DNA of 36,001 nucleotides from Candidatus Scatosoma sp. (GTDB taxonomy: Bacteria; Bacillota; Clostridia; Christensenellales; Borkfalkiaceae), in contig JAZURU010000080.1 of the NCBI GenBank assembly GCA_045606365.1, positions 1 to 36,001 on the forward strand. Reading direction: 5' to 3'. A program made the translations under genes and the position numbers. The first letter of the stretch is position 1; each line of letters opens with the position of its first letter. Positions 7,305-16,707 of the stretch are shown here, piece after piece. A model generated the notes under the pieces. It did no database searches and was not told the DNA's origin. It saw only the letters and a list, made by a program, of their open reading frames with translations.

Positions 7305-10154
7305 TTAGCTTACAAAAGCCGATTGTACCAGGTCAACATCTTCAATATCCACTACGTTGGTTTTTACCTCGTAGATTTTATCTAAGCAAATCGCAACGTT
7401 ATATTTTCCGTACATTACGATATTGCCCGATAAGAATTCCGATGTGAACGCAATATCCGTCAATTCCTTACTGTAGGATACCACCACGCTGTTAGTATCC
7501 AGATTGATCAGCATCAACTGTAAAAGGACTTTGCCCGCGGTGTCCCCGACGCTCGCCTGCGCCGCCTTGACACCGATTACGTATCTGTAATGCACCCCGT
7601 CCTGCAAGCCCCGTTCAGACATCGGCGAAGGATTACTTGCATCGCCAAATTGTCCGCTGTATCTACCGGTGGATTCAAACGTCCTATATTCCACCTTGTT
7701 CGGTCCCAAGAAGGTGACCCGCCCTGCGTCCGTATCGCTGCGGTATTTGCCGTCGTTCTTGATGATACCGTTGTGAATGTATACGCCGGGCAAACCGTCC
7801 AACAAAGAGCCTGTTATCTCTTGGCTGAAGAAACACAGCTGCGGCAAATTCTTGCCCGTGAAATCAACCACAACGTAGCTGCCTACGCCGTAATTGCCGT
7901 TGTAGGCAACGTACGGTACGTCGTCGTTCTTCAATTCGTACGCTTCGCCTTGATACATACCCTTGTACAGCTGCACCTGCAACTTGTCGTCAACCGTCTT
8001 ATGTCCATACAAGCTGATGTTATTCGCCTCTAAGAACGCCTTTGCTTGCTCGGATACAGACTGCGTATATTCTTCTACCACCAATTGAATGTTATCTAAA
8101 TAAATGGACGTGTTAGCCGCAAACTCCTTTTCGCCGTAGAAACTGATCGCCAATGCGTACGCTTGCGATTGATAGGATGTGGAGTTCGCCAAGTACAGCT
8201 CGCGCGTTAGCGTAATTTTCGTCCACGTTTTCGCCGCTACCGTACCGGTATAATCCTTCACGATATTATCCTTTCCGGCGCCGCCATACAGCTTGTATTG
8301 CACCGCTTTCTCCGTGTATACGTCAAAGGAAATACCCTGTACTTCACGAGAGAGCAGGATGAATTCAAAGAACTCTCTGCCAAGCCCTACGACAATACCT
8401 TTGCCCTCAGTGGTGGCTTCCGACGTATAATAGCGAATACTCCGCGAACCCTCTTCGATATACTTCGCAGTTGTGTTCGTCGTCATACCCGTTCCTCTTC
8501 TGACGCCAGCGGCAATGATTGCACCCGTGTTTTCAAAATAATCGTCGCCCAAATCCTCGTGCGGGTCAAACATAACCCTCACCGTGGTAGAGCTTGCTCG
8601 AACATCCGTTTCCACTGCGTCGTAAATCAAACGGTAGGTACCACTCTTTTCGTATTGGAATACCCCTTCTTCGGAAATGGAAACCTTCTGTCCATCGGGA
8701 TCAACTACCTCAAAGATATACTGTCCGTCTGCGTCATCAATATAATCGGAAACGCGCGCGATAGAATCCATTGCGTACGCCTCGCGATAGCCCTTTTTAA
8801 AGGAAGACGCAGGATCCAGCTCGTAGATGTCTTTCACGTCCGTAATCGGCATATATACCTTATCCCAACGCGTTTCTACGCCGTATCTGCCGTAAAGCAC
8901 AATATTGCCGTTGAAATAGTTGGTATAATCCACAACGCCGTAGCCGTCTACCTTCACACAATTATAGGTAAAGTCAAATTCTCTTTCCATCGTCGTCAAG
9001 TTGATTAAGAGAATGCGCAGCGTCACACTCGTTTTCGAGCCCTTGACAAAGCCTGCGATGTAGCGGTATTGGCAATCCTCCTGCAATGCCTTGTAGCTTA
9101 TCGGACAAGGCTCTGCCTCCGAACCGGTTGCCGAGCCGGCGTATCTGCCGTTCGAGTCGAATACGCCAAATCCTACCTTATTCGGTCCAAATACCGTCAA
9201 GCGACTTGCATCCAGGCTTTTCCAAATACCGCCCGCGGTGGTCGTCAAGCCGTTATGTATATAGATACCGCGCGCGCCATCGGTGATGCTGGGGGTAATT
9301 CTGTCGCAGAAGAAAGCTACCTGCGGCAGGTTTTTACCCGTAAAGTCTACCTTTATAAAGGTATCTGTGCCATAATTTCCGTTAAACGCCAAATAGGGAA
9401 CGTTGTCGTTGGTGTACGAGCCGCTATAATAGCCCGCGTCCAAAGCAACGCTACCATCTGCGTTGATCTGCCTATAATCGGAAGCGGTGATATGGTTTTC
9501 ACTCATCCACTCCTCTGCACCCTCGCCCAAGGTCTGCTTGAAACGAACGTCTACCCTTTGTTCGGCTGTCAATATCTGCCCGTCCTCCGTCTTAATACCA
9601 AAGGTAAAGGTGTGCGGTCCCTCGCAGGTAAACGTGTATTCTTTCTCGTCCGTGAACGTTTGGCTGCCGCCCTCATATTTCACTTGGCTTACGAAAAATT
9701 CATAATCGTAATAGGATTCAGCCGAGATGTTCAATTCTCTTTCTAAATAATTGAAACTCAGCGTATCCCCCACGCGTTTGATAAGCATATTTCGGGTGAA
9801 CACCCATTCCACCTCAGGGACAACGACTGTGAGGGTCGTCGAAATCGTACCCTTGTTTTTCCCCGTCAGCACCGTATACGTCAACGTGAACGTGCCGGGG
9901 TATCTCGTCGTCCATTGCCCACGCGCCTGCAGGTCATATTCTTCGCCCGTAGAATCCGAACGCAAAATCAAGGTGTATTCCTCCATTTGTTCGGGGTCTA
10001 CGTATTCGTCCAGCATAATCGGTTCGCCCAGCTCGATGACGTCCAAGTATCCCTCGTTAAAGGCAGGGCCGCCTTTTTCTTTTTCGCACGCCACCCCCAG
10101 CGCCAAGCACAGGAAGGTCATGCAGGTCAATAATGCCAACAGTAGTTTTTTCAT
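7305..10154 (-). CDS. 949-aa surface (probable lipo)protein: Ig-like modules, two copies of an unassigned ~195-aa module, one CBM-like module
   Basis: AAGGAGA RBS. N-terminus MKKLLLALLTCMTFLCLALGVAC. Three short Ig-like units end in TLTVVV / RVDVRF / TVRVMF. Module copies lie at aa 240-434 and 731-928. A central module at aa ~536-696 ends in SIYLDNIQLV. No LPXTG, SLH or dockerin-like C-terminus. Confidence 0.9.
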   Translation of the reverse strand: MKKLLLALLTCMTFLCLALGVACEKEKGGPAFNEGYLDVIELGEPIMLDEYVDPEQMEEYTLILRSDSTGEEYDLQARGQWTTRYPGTFTLTYTVLTGKNKGTISTTLTVVVPEVEWVFTRNMLIKRVGDTLSFNYLERELNISAESYYDYEFFVSQVKYEGGSQTFTDEKEYTFTCEGPHTFTFGIKTEDGQILTAEQRVDVRFKQTLGEGAEEWMSENHITASDYRQINADGSVALDAGYYSGSYTNDNVPYLAFNGNYGTDTFIKVDFTGKNLPQVAFFCDRITPSITDGARGIYIHNGLTTTAGGIWKSLDASRLTVFGPNKVGFGVFDSNGRYAGSATGSEAEPCPISYKALQEDCQYRYIAGFVKGSKTSVTLRILLINLTTMEREFDFTYNCVKVDGYGVVDYTNYFNGNIVLYGRYGVETRWDKVYMPITDVKDIYELDPASSFKKGYREAYAMDSIARVSDYIDDADGQYIFEVVDPDGQKVSISEEGVFQYEKSGTYRLIYDAVETDVRASSTTVRVMFDPHEDLGDDYFENTGAIIAAGVRRGTGMTTNTTAKYIEEGSRSIRYYTSEATTEGKGIVVGLGREFFEFILLSREVQGISFDVYTEKAVQYKLYGGAGKDNIVKDYTGTVAAKTWTKITLTRELYLANSTSYQSQAYALAISFYGEKEFAANTSIYLDNIQLVVEEYTQSVSEQAKAFLEANNISLYGHKTVDDKLQVQLYKGMYQGEAYELKNDDVPYVAYNGNYGVGSYVVVDFTGKNLPQLCFFSQEITGSLLDGLPGVYIHNGIIKNDGKYRSDTDAGRVTFLGPNKVEYRTFESTGRYSGQFGDASNPSPMSERGLQDGVHYRYVIGVKAAQASVGDTAGKVLLQLMLINLDTNSVVVSYSKELTDIAFTSEFLSGNIVMYGKYNVAICLDKIYEVKTNVVDIEDVDLVQSAFVS
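7371..7964 (-). repeat. Copy 2 of the unassigned ~195-aa module
   Basis: NDDVPYVAYNGNYGVGSYVVVDFTGKNLPQLCFFSQEITGSLLDGLPGVYIHNG...SGNIVMYGKYNVAICLDKIY. 34 of 54 residues are identical to copy 1 over the first 54 aligned positions (hand count). Confidence 0.8.
8853..9437 (-). repeat. Copy 1 of the unassigned ~195-aa module
   Basis: NDNVPYLAFNGNYGTDTFIKVDFTGKNLPQVAFFCDRITPSITDGARGIYIHNG...NGNIVLYGRYGVETRWDKVY. Confidence 0.8.
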
Positions 10155-10181
10155 ACATTTTCTCCTTAAAGCCTATCACTC

Positions 10182-11075
10182 TTATCCCTTCAAGCCGCCC
10201 GTCGTCATGTTCGTAAGAATCAAATTCTGCGAGCATGCGTAAAGGACGATAATCGGAATTGAGGAAACGACGGTAGTCGCAAAAAAGATATTCATAGGGT
10301 CTTTTACATACCCGACGTAATCCTTGAATATATACATTCCGTATGCCAAATTCGGGTATATCGGTAGGTAAATCATAGAGATGGAATAGTTGTTCCAAAC
10401 ACCGATTGCCTGCGTGACTGCAACGGCAACGATGCAAGGAATAATTTGCGGCAGAATAACCTTGACCAATACCGTCCAGTTATTTGCGCCGTCAATCTTT
10501 GCCGACTCTGAATAAGACGCGCTTATCCCCTTGAAATACCCGTAGAATACGATAAAGGCAAAGTCAAAGCCCGAAGCCCACATCAGCCATATCGTAAAGG
10601 GATTGTTGGTCATATTCAAACCCGCCGCCAGCTTATATTTTGCGGGTCCCGCACCGATGATGGGAATGGTATTTGCGAAGATGATAACCGTATACAAGAA
10701 ATTCTTGCCAGGGAAACGGAACCGCGCTAAGGCATACGCCAGCAGAGCGCTGGAGGCAACGTTTACCGTTACGTTTACTACCAAAATCCACAGCGAATTG
10801 AACAGCATATCAAAGTAAAAATACGTATCCTTCCCTTGAATGTCCGTACCAGACACTTTGAAATCACTAAAAACTCTCCAGAAATTTTCGAAACGCCAGC
10901 TGGGCGGAAGTCCCAAGCTGTTGTCAGCGAACTCAGGCTCTGATTTCAAAGCGTTGATAACCGCCCAAAAAATCGGGTAGACGTATACCACGGCAAAAAT
11001 CAAAAACAACACGAAAAAACAGACGTAAATAATTTTCAAGCTGAGGGGAGATTTTCTAAATTTAAGCTCTTTCAT
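10182..11075 (-). CDS. Carbohydrate ABC transporter permease (CUT1, LplC/MalG-like), 297 aa
   Basis: Multi-TM protein with EAA loop ESAKIDGANNWTVLVKVILP. I prefer the start ATG at 11073-11075 (MKELKFRK) with GGAGG 6 nt upstream. The track start at 11123 would overlap the upstream permease by 47 nt. Confidence 0.9.
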   Translation of the reverse strand: MKELKFRKSPLSLKIIYVCFFVLFLIFAVVYVYPIFWAVINALKSEPEFADNSLGLPPSWRFENFWRVFSDFKVSGTDIQGKDTYFYFDMLFNSLWILVVNVTVNVASSALLAYALARFRFPGKNFLYTVIIFANTIPIIGAGPAKYKLAAGLNMTNNPFTIWLMWASGFDFAFIVFYGYFKGISASYSESAKIDGANNWTVLVKVILPQIIPCIVAVAVTQAIGVWNNYSISMIYLPIYPNLAYGMYIFKDYVGYVKDPMNIFFATTVVSSIPIIVLYACSQNLILTNMTTGGLKG

Positions 11076-11076
11076 A

Positions 11077-12027
11077 TTAAACCTCCACGTTCTCAGACAT
11101 CTTTTCCAACGCCCATTTACCAAACAGAACTATGGGCAGCGTAATCGCTGTTAAGACAACCCCAAGCGCCGCGGGATACCCATAGGTAGCTTCTCCCTCT
11201 TTCAACTTATACGTCAGGTTGAACAGCTGGAAGCCTATCGTAGACGTTCCGTTATTCCCCAAGCCTTCCGTAAATAGATACACGTTATAGTCGCACGTGA
11301 AGATACTGCAAAGCGCAAACGTCAACAACGTACAAATCGTGGGCCAAATACAAGGAATGGCGATTTTGAACATCTCCGTAAAGAACCCCGCGCCGTCCAG
11401 CTCTGCTGATTCAAACAGCTCAGTAGGGACACGGGTGTACGCGCCGGTCAAGACGGCGTTATTACCGACGAAACCCATTACCGCGCGCACAGACACAATG
11501 GTGGTGAATGCAGTAGCCTCATCCCAAAGCAGACCCTCCGAGCCCGCCAAAGAATACGGGTCTAAACCAAAGCATTTTACCAGCATGGTAATCGGGCCTT
11601 CCCCACGTACCATCTCCTTGATGAGCAGGGTCCAGATGATCGCCCCCATCAAGCTGGGGATTATGTAGCAAATTCGGAAGAAGTAATGCCCTGCAATCTT
11701 TCTGGTCAACACATAGGTGGTGATCAAGGAAATCGGGAAACAGATCCCCTCGCCTACCAGCCACAAAATCCAAGAACGAACCAGCGAATCCTTTAAGTTG
11801 ATCCCGAAGTCATCTTGATACAGGAACGCATTTTTTACCTCTTCGAAATTCTCCCAACTGAACCCCCCCAGCTCGTTTTGAAAGGCAAGTCCTATCGACG
11901 AGGCGTTGACAAACACCCAAAATACCAGGAATTGCGCGACGGGAAAAAGGATGAGTAAATACGCAAACAAAAAGTCCTGTCGTTCAAATTTGGAATAATT
12001 CTTTCTTATTCTTTGTAAAAGTTTCAT
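11077..12027 (-). CDS. Carbohydrate ABC transporter permease (CUT1, LplB/MalF-like), 316 aa
   Basis: Multi-TM protein with EAA loop ESAELDGAGFFTEMFKIAIP. Its stop is 1 nt from the next start. Confidence 0.9.
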   Translation of the reverse strand: MKLLQRIRKNYSKFERQDFLFAYLLILFPVAQFLVFWVFVNASSIGLAFQNELGGFSWENFEEVKNAFLYQDDFGINLKDSLVRSWILWLVGEGICFPISLITTYVLTRKIAGHYFFRICYIIPSLMGAIIWTLLIKEMVRGEGPITMLVKCFGLDPYSLAGSEGLLWDEATAFTTIVSVRAVMGFVGNNAVLTGAYTRVPTELFESAELDGAGFFTEMFKIAIPCIWPTICTLLTFALCSIFTCDYNVYLFTEGLGNNGTSTIGFQLFNLTYKLKEGEATYGYPAALGVVLTAITLPIVLFGKWALEKMSENVEV

Positions 12028-12051
12028 AAGCGTTTATTTCAACCTTACCCA

Positions 12052-13746
12052 TTATTTATACTGTTCCCAACTATTCTTCACAAAGGTATGCTCGGCGATC
12101 TGCAAATTCTTTGCAGCCGTGTAATAAACGTCTACGGTATTACCGTTTCTGCCACCTGCGCGGCTGTAAATCGACGCGCTGCTCTTCGAAGCAATATAGC
12201 TGGGAAGGTGGGTCTTGCCCTCTGAGATAAAGATGTTATTCGTCTTCAACATCTCCTTTCTGTATCCCGTAGAGGCTGCAGAAATCAGCGAGAAATATTT
12301 ATTCGCCACAACCTTCGACGCATTCTCAACAAACTTGTAGCCGGACGTCGTGTTAATCTGTGCGTAGTATGGGGTAGAGCCGTTGCCTAAAACGCTGAAC
12401 GTTTTACCAAAATCGTCACTTGCCATCATACGCAGGAAAAGGGCTGCAATCGATTTTTTAGGGGAATCTGCCGTAATATAACCGATGTGCTCTACACCAC
12501 GGGAGTAGGAAACCCCTCTCGCTCTGGCAACCTCACGCGCGTCTGCCTCCGCAAGCGTGATGTCCTTATTTTCCTTTACCTCTGCGATGATTTCCGCAAT
12601 ATCCAGGTTCTCGTCCACCAAACCAATGATGTAGGAGAGCAATTCTTCACATTCCGTTTCGCTCAGCTTATAGGCGGTGTTTTCGCCGAACAGCTTGACG
12701 CCCAAAGCGGAAATTACGGGGAAATTGACAAAGTCAATGTCCGGCAACTCTTCTTCATAGGTCAGCTTTACTTCGTTCAGCATCCAGTCGCCGTTGAACA
12801 TAAACACGGCGCCGGTATTAGGTCTCATGATCTTCGACTGTGCTTGGCTGACGGTTTGGCTGAGTCCACCAGGAGCGATAACAATATCAAAAGCCCTATA
12901 CGCAACCTTCAACATTTCGTATATGGTTTCATCGTTGAATACGTCGTAGCCGTTCTCCGTCATATTCACAAGGACACCGTTTTCACCCTTCGTTTGCATA
13001 GACCAGAATTGTTCGTAAAAATCTTTGTCGTACTGCGCCATCAACGTATTCAGGAAACATACGGTGTAGCCGTTCGTACCCGAAACGTACGTCAACGGGT
13101 AAATACCGCTTTCTACCGAACCTTTAACGTTGTTATGACCACAATAGATTTTGTCAAAGCAATCAAACATCTCGTTGGTCGTCTTGGGAATTTCCAAGTT
13201 GTATTTTTCCAGCTTTTTGGTGTTGACGACAAGTCCCCCCGACGACTGTACCCAGTTGAAACCGTACATAATCCCCTCGGAATCAACGACAAAGGGCAGA
13301 ACGTCGCTGGAAAGCTTATCCGAAATCAAAACGCTCTCCTCCTCGCCCGTATAGGAAATAGCAGGCTGATTATACACCAGCTCGCGAATGTCCGCCGCCA
13401 AGACTTTGTCGTAGTCGCTATGCGCGCCCACCTTCTCTGCCTTAACGGACGCGGTGATGTACAGGTCCGTCTGCGATTTCTCATGTCCGTTATACAGGTC
13501 GCGAATAACGGTATCGCCGGCAATCTGTCTGGACGGGGTCATAATTTTCACCTTATACCCCTCCTCCGCGTATGCAGCCTCAAATTGTTTTTCCAGTTCA
13601 TACAACCACTCCGTACCAAAGCCCGCCTCCACGCACTTGATAACGATCGTGTTTTCGTCCGCAACAAACGTATTGCAAGCCGTAAGTCCGCAGGTTGCAA
13701 GTGCTGTAGTTGCCAACAATACTGCTAATCCTCTTCCCTTTTTCAT
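12052..13746 (-). CDS. Large extracellular solute-binding lipoprotein (LplA-like, ABC family 1), 564 aa
   Basis: MKKGRGLAVLLATTALATCGLTAC is a signal peptide with an LTAC lipobox. AAGGAGA RBS. Size and position directly upstream of two CUT1 permeases match LplA-type oligosaccharide binding proteins. Confidence 0.85.
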   Translation of the reverse strand: MKKGRGLAVLLATTALATCGLTACNTFVADENTIVIKCVEAGFGTEWLYELEKQFEAAYAEEGYKVKIMTPSRQIAGDTVIRDLYNGHEKSQTDLYITASVKAEKVGAHSDYDKVLAADIRELVYNQPAISYTGEEESVLISDKLSSDVLPFVVDSEGIMYGFNWVQSSGGLVVNTKKLEKYNLEIPKTTNEMFDCFDKIYCGHNNVKGSVESGIYPLTYVSGTNGYTVCFLNTLMAQYDKDFYEQFWSMQTKGENGVLVNMTENGYDVFNDETIYEMLKVAYRAFDIVIAPGGLSQTVSQAQSKIMRPNTGAVFMFNGDWMLNEVKLTYEEELPDIDFVNFPVISALGVKLFGENTAYKLSETECEELLSYIIGLVDENLDIAEIIAEVKENKDITLAEADAREVARARGVSYSRGVEHIGYITADSPKKSIAALFLRMMASDDFGKTFSVLGNGSTPYYAQINTTSGYKFVENASKVVANKYFSLISAASTGYRKEMLKTNNIFISEGKTHLPSYIASKSSASIYSRAGGRNGNTVDVYYTAAKNLQIAEHTFVKNSWEQYK

Positions 13747-13815
13747 AATAATATCTCCTTCTTATTTTTTTCCTATCCTTATCGTAAGCGTTCCTTTTAA
13801 AAACGTCCTACGTTA

Positions 13816-15246
13816 TCAAGAGCCGCAATGCTCTTTAATAAACCGTATCACGCCCGCCGACCAGCCGTGGCAAAGGCTGTGGCGGTAGCCCACATAGCAA
13901 TGTGCGCCGTAGTCGCCGTGCAGCTCCTTTTTCCGTGGATCCCTTTCGTCGATTCTACCCGATTCTTTCAACCAATCGGTATCGAATTCCTCCCAAAAGG
14001 TAGTAGCGCCCCGATCCAACATTCCTCCGTAGTATTCCTTCATTAGACGAATCGCCAGCCCCTCGTCGCGCGAGGCAATCGTCTTTAAGATATAGTAGCT
14101 CATAAAGGTCGATAAGCCATGCGTACCGCCTTCGAGTAGCTTTGCATACTCTGCGTCGGTAATTTCTCCTACGGCGAAATATTTTAGCGCAATCACTTGC
14201 TTTTTTTCCTGCACGTTCAGCGGTTGCAGCAACAGCCTTTTCTTGATTTCCAAGGGTTGTGCCGTGCTGAGCTCAAACGCAGAAAACAAGGAAATTGCCT
14301 TGTTCATCGCCAGCAGCAATATTGCCCGTACGCCCGTCAACTCATCCACCGAATCCTTCGTCGGCCAGTCAACCAAATAACGAATTTGACGATTGAGCGT
14401 CCCCTTTTCATCCACCATCTCACCAAGGCGATTTACCACGCCGACAAGATAGCTCAAATGCTTTTTGACGTATTGCGTACAACCAAATTCCGCATAATAA
14501 TCCGCAAGCGTGATCAGCCACCAAGCCGAGTAGGTATAAATCCCGTTCATAAACTTGGGCAAGGGGGCTAATTTTTTGCAAAGGTCCAGCGAACGTTCTA
14601 TCAAGGGCATCCTGCCGTAGACGGCGCTAAGCGCCATAACTTCGGGGGATAAATCCCCTGCCCAAACCAATCTATCACGCTTAATACCGTCCCAAACGTA
14701 TCCTTCCGACGCGCATAAATCCACCGTTCTTTTTGCCGTCCAAAAAATCTCCGCAATGCGTTCATCACATCCTTGGTAGGTATAAATCGGTTTTTGGGAT
14801 AACATACGGTTTACGCAATAGACGTTGCGTAGGTACATATATTTTTCTTCCAATACGTCTATACGGACAAACCGAAATCCCGTTTGTCCTATCGTTACGT
14901 CCCCCGACGCGGGAATCAGAGTTTCAAAATCACGCGGACTATGTCTATTGGTTGCATTCTTTTCGCCGATGGAAGCGTTTACTTCCCCCAAGCTTTCCCC
15001 AAAACGAATCCGTACCTTACATACGCCTTCGTAAATCCAACCCGTCAATACACGTACGCCACCGTGCATTTCCTTGCCGAAATCCAGAACAATATACGAA
15101 CCTTTGCCTTCCAACTTCGCATTCTGGTTCCATTCGGCTTCGACCATATTATGCACGCCGTATAAGCCCTTTTTTTGAAAGAGGGATTTTGCATTGCTCA
15201 CCCCACTCTCTTCGACAATTTTTGCGGGCAATAAATACTCTGTCAT
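13816..15246 (-). CDS. Six-hairpin glycosidase, GH78 (alpha-L-rhamnosidase)-like, cytoplasmic, 476 aa
   Basis: No signal peptide. WDGIKRDRLVWAGD resembles the GH78 D.P.R.E....W.GD motif. FWEEF...SLCHGWSAGV near the C-terminus is the typical Bac_rhamnosid six-hairpin ending. The N-terminal YIVLDFGKEMHGGVRV resembles a beta-sandwich. Family assignment is by recalled motifs only. Confidence 0.55.
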   Translation of the reverse strand: MTEYLLPAKIVEESGVSNAKSLFQKKGLYGVHNMVEAEWNQNAKLEGKGSYIVLDFGKEMHGGVRVLTGWIYEGVCKVRIRFGESLGEVNASIGEKNATNRHSPRDFETLIPASGDVTIGQTGFRFVRIDVLEEKYMYLRNVYCVNRMLSQKPIYTYQGCDERIAEIFWTAKRTVDLCASEGYVWDGIKRDRLVWAGDLSPEVMALSAVYGRMPLIERSLDLCKKLAPLPKFMNGIYTYSAWWLITLADYYAEFGCTQYVKKHLSYLVGVVNRLGEMVDEKGTLNRQIRYLVDWPTKDSVDELTGVRAILLLAMNKAISLFSAFELSTAQPLEIKKRLLLQPLNVQEKKQVIALKYFAVGEITDAEYAKLLEGGTHGLSTFMSYYILKTIASRDEGLAIRLMKEYYGGMLDRGATTFWEEFDTDWLKESGRIDERDPRKKELHGDYGAHCYVGYRHSLCHGWSAGVIRFIKEHCGS

Positions 15247-15276
15247 TTTCCCTTTCTCCGTTTTTCTTGTTCGGCG

Positions 15277-16689
15277 CTATTTTGCGGACTTAATTTCCAC
15301 AAAGATGGCATCGCCCACTTTTAAATCAAAAGAATATACTCCATTTTCATCCGCTGATACTTCTACGGTTTCCCCGCGGAAATAGAACGCCTTTTCTCCC
15401 GAAGGCAATTCTGCACACAGCTTCATGGGCGGAATCCCATCGAACAGCTCGTCGCGGACGTTCCCGATATTTTCGAACATATACAGCGCCCCAAAAGCGT
15501 TTGTCTGTTTCGTGACTAGAGCCACGCCTTTATCCACTGAAACCGCAAAAGAACAAGGTTCGTTTTCATAGGCGAATTTCGTCCAATCGTAATCTTCATG
15601 CGTCTTGCCCGTTTCCGTCACAATATGCGAACTGCAGTACGCATATTGCTTCATAATTGGTAAAAACTGTTTCATTTCTGCAATGATACGCTTCGTATAC
15701 CCATAGAGAGCAGTTTGCGAACCGTCAAGATTGATGAACGCCGCCCCGTCCAGTTCAACCATCGCCCCATTTTTATTGTCGAAATCGGGTTTTGCCATAT
15801 AGGTATAGAAAGAATAATCTCTAACCCCAAAACCCATGGCAAAGTTTGTTTGCCAGTACATATCGCTTTCCGTCATTCTGCGATTATGCTCTGTTCCGTT
15901 CCAAATATTTGCGAACGATTGCAGCACCGCACGGAATTCCAACCCTTTCTCTTGACAAATTCTTGCCACCAACTGATAGTTGGGCAACGTATTCCCGCTG
16001 ATGATATATTCTCTGCGGAAAGGATACTCGTCGAAATGAATATTATCCGCGCCAGTAATTGTTTGGAAATCTTCAACGTATTTTTTATAAATCTCCGTAC
16101 GACTTATAGTTTCCGTCGCCATCTTATCCGCAGCAACGTCCTGCGCGCACGTTTTCTGCGGTTGTAACAAGCTTTCACGCGCCGTCATCGGCAATAGGTT
16201 AGCTTGAACGTATACATTTGGCAACAAGCGTTTGATGGAACGCATAATCTGTCCGTATGCAGGGAATTGATCGTATATCGGTTCATCGAACAGCTGAATA
16301 CCGTAAAACCCTTTTTGGTTGCAATAGGGCGCAATACATTCCGCCACCGCCTTATCCAATTCCGTTTCATTTACAAACAGCTTTCCTTCGCCCACCAAAT
16401 CCCGTTCATCGCGAATCCAATGGTCAAAACGACCGTCCGTTACCAAAATTTTGTCGCAACCCGCTTTCAGCGCTTCAATAAATACCCGTTGACAATTCGA
16501 ACCTTCCCAACCTTCGCCTTTGTAAGAATTCTCCCCGCGCGCCTGCACCATATTAAAACCGCAATCTAAATACTCTCTGTACCGTTTTTCCGTTCGGAAA
16601 TCTTCGCCGCAAAAATACTTATATCCGTTTATCTTATAATATCCCGACGAAGGACATTGATAGCAATAAAAAAGTGTTTCATCTTTCAT
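15277..16689 (-). CDS. Cytoplasmic TIM-barrel glycoside-hydrolase-like protein (family unassigned), paralogue of 5795-7294, 470 aa
   Basis: AGGAGA RBS and no signal peptide. Shares motifs with 5795-7294 (see that entry). Confidence 0.8.
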   Translation of the reverse strand: MKDETLFYCYQCPSSGYYKINGYKYFCGEDFRTEKRYREYLDCGFNMVQARGENSYKGEGWEGSNCQRVFIEALKAGCDKILVTDGRFDHWIRDERDLVGEGKLFVNETELDKAVAECIAPYCNQKGFYGIQLFDEPIYDQFPAYGQIMRSIKRLLPNVYVQANLLPMTARESLLQPQKTCAQDVAADKMATETISRTEIYKKYVEDFQTITGADNIHFDEYPFRREYIISGNTLPNYQLVARICQEKGLEFRAVLQSFANIWNGTEHNRRMTESDMYWQTNFAMGFGVRDYSFYTYMAKPDFDNKNGAMVELDGAAFINLDGSQTALYGYTKRIIAEMKQFLPIMKQYAYCSSHIVTETGKTHEDYDWTKFAYENEPCSFAVSVDKGVALVTKQTNAFGALYMFENIGNVRDELFDGIPPMKLCAELPSGEKAFYFRGETVEVSADENGVYSFDLKVGDAIFVEIKSAK

Positions 16690-16707
16690 ATTGTTCTCCT
16701 ATTTTCC

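Noticed and set aside
11076-11123. 16-codon N-terminal extension of permease 10182-11123
   Set aside because: It overlaps the end of the upstream permease gene. GGAGG plus the ATG at 11075 gives a typical start.
12487-13728. 413-aa plus-strand ORF
   Set aside because: Antisense to the SBP lipoprotein gene, which has a lipobox, an RBS and operon context.
13775-13795. GGAACGCTTACGA in the GH78-like/SBP intergenic spacer as a possible CcpA cre site
   Set aside because: It does not fit the WTGNAANCGNWNNCW register: the central CG and the flanking TG/CA are misplaced.
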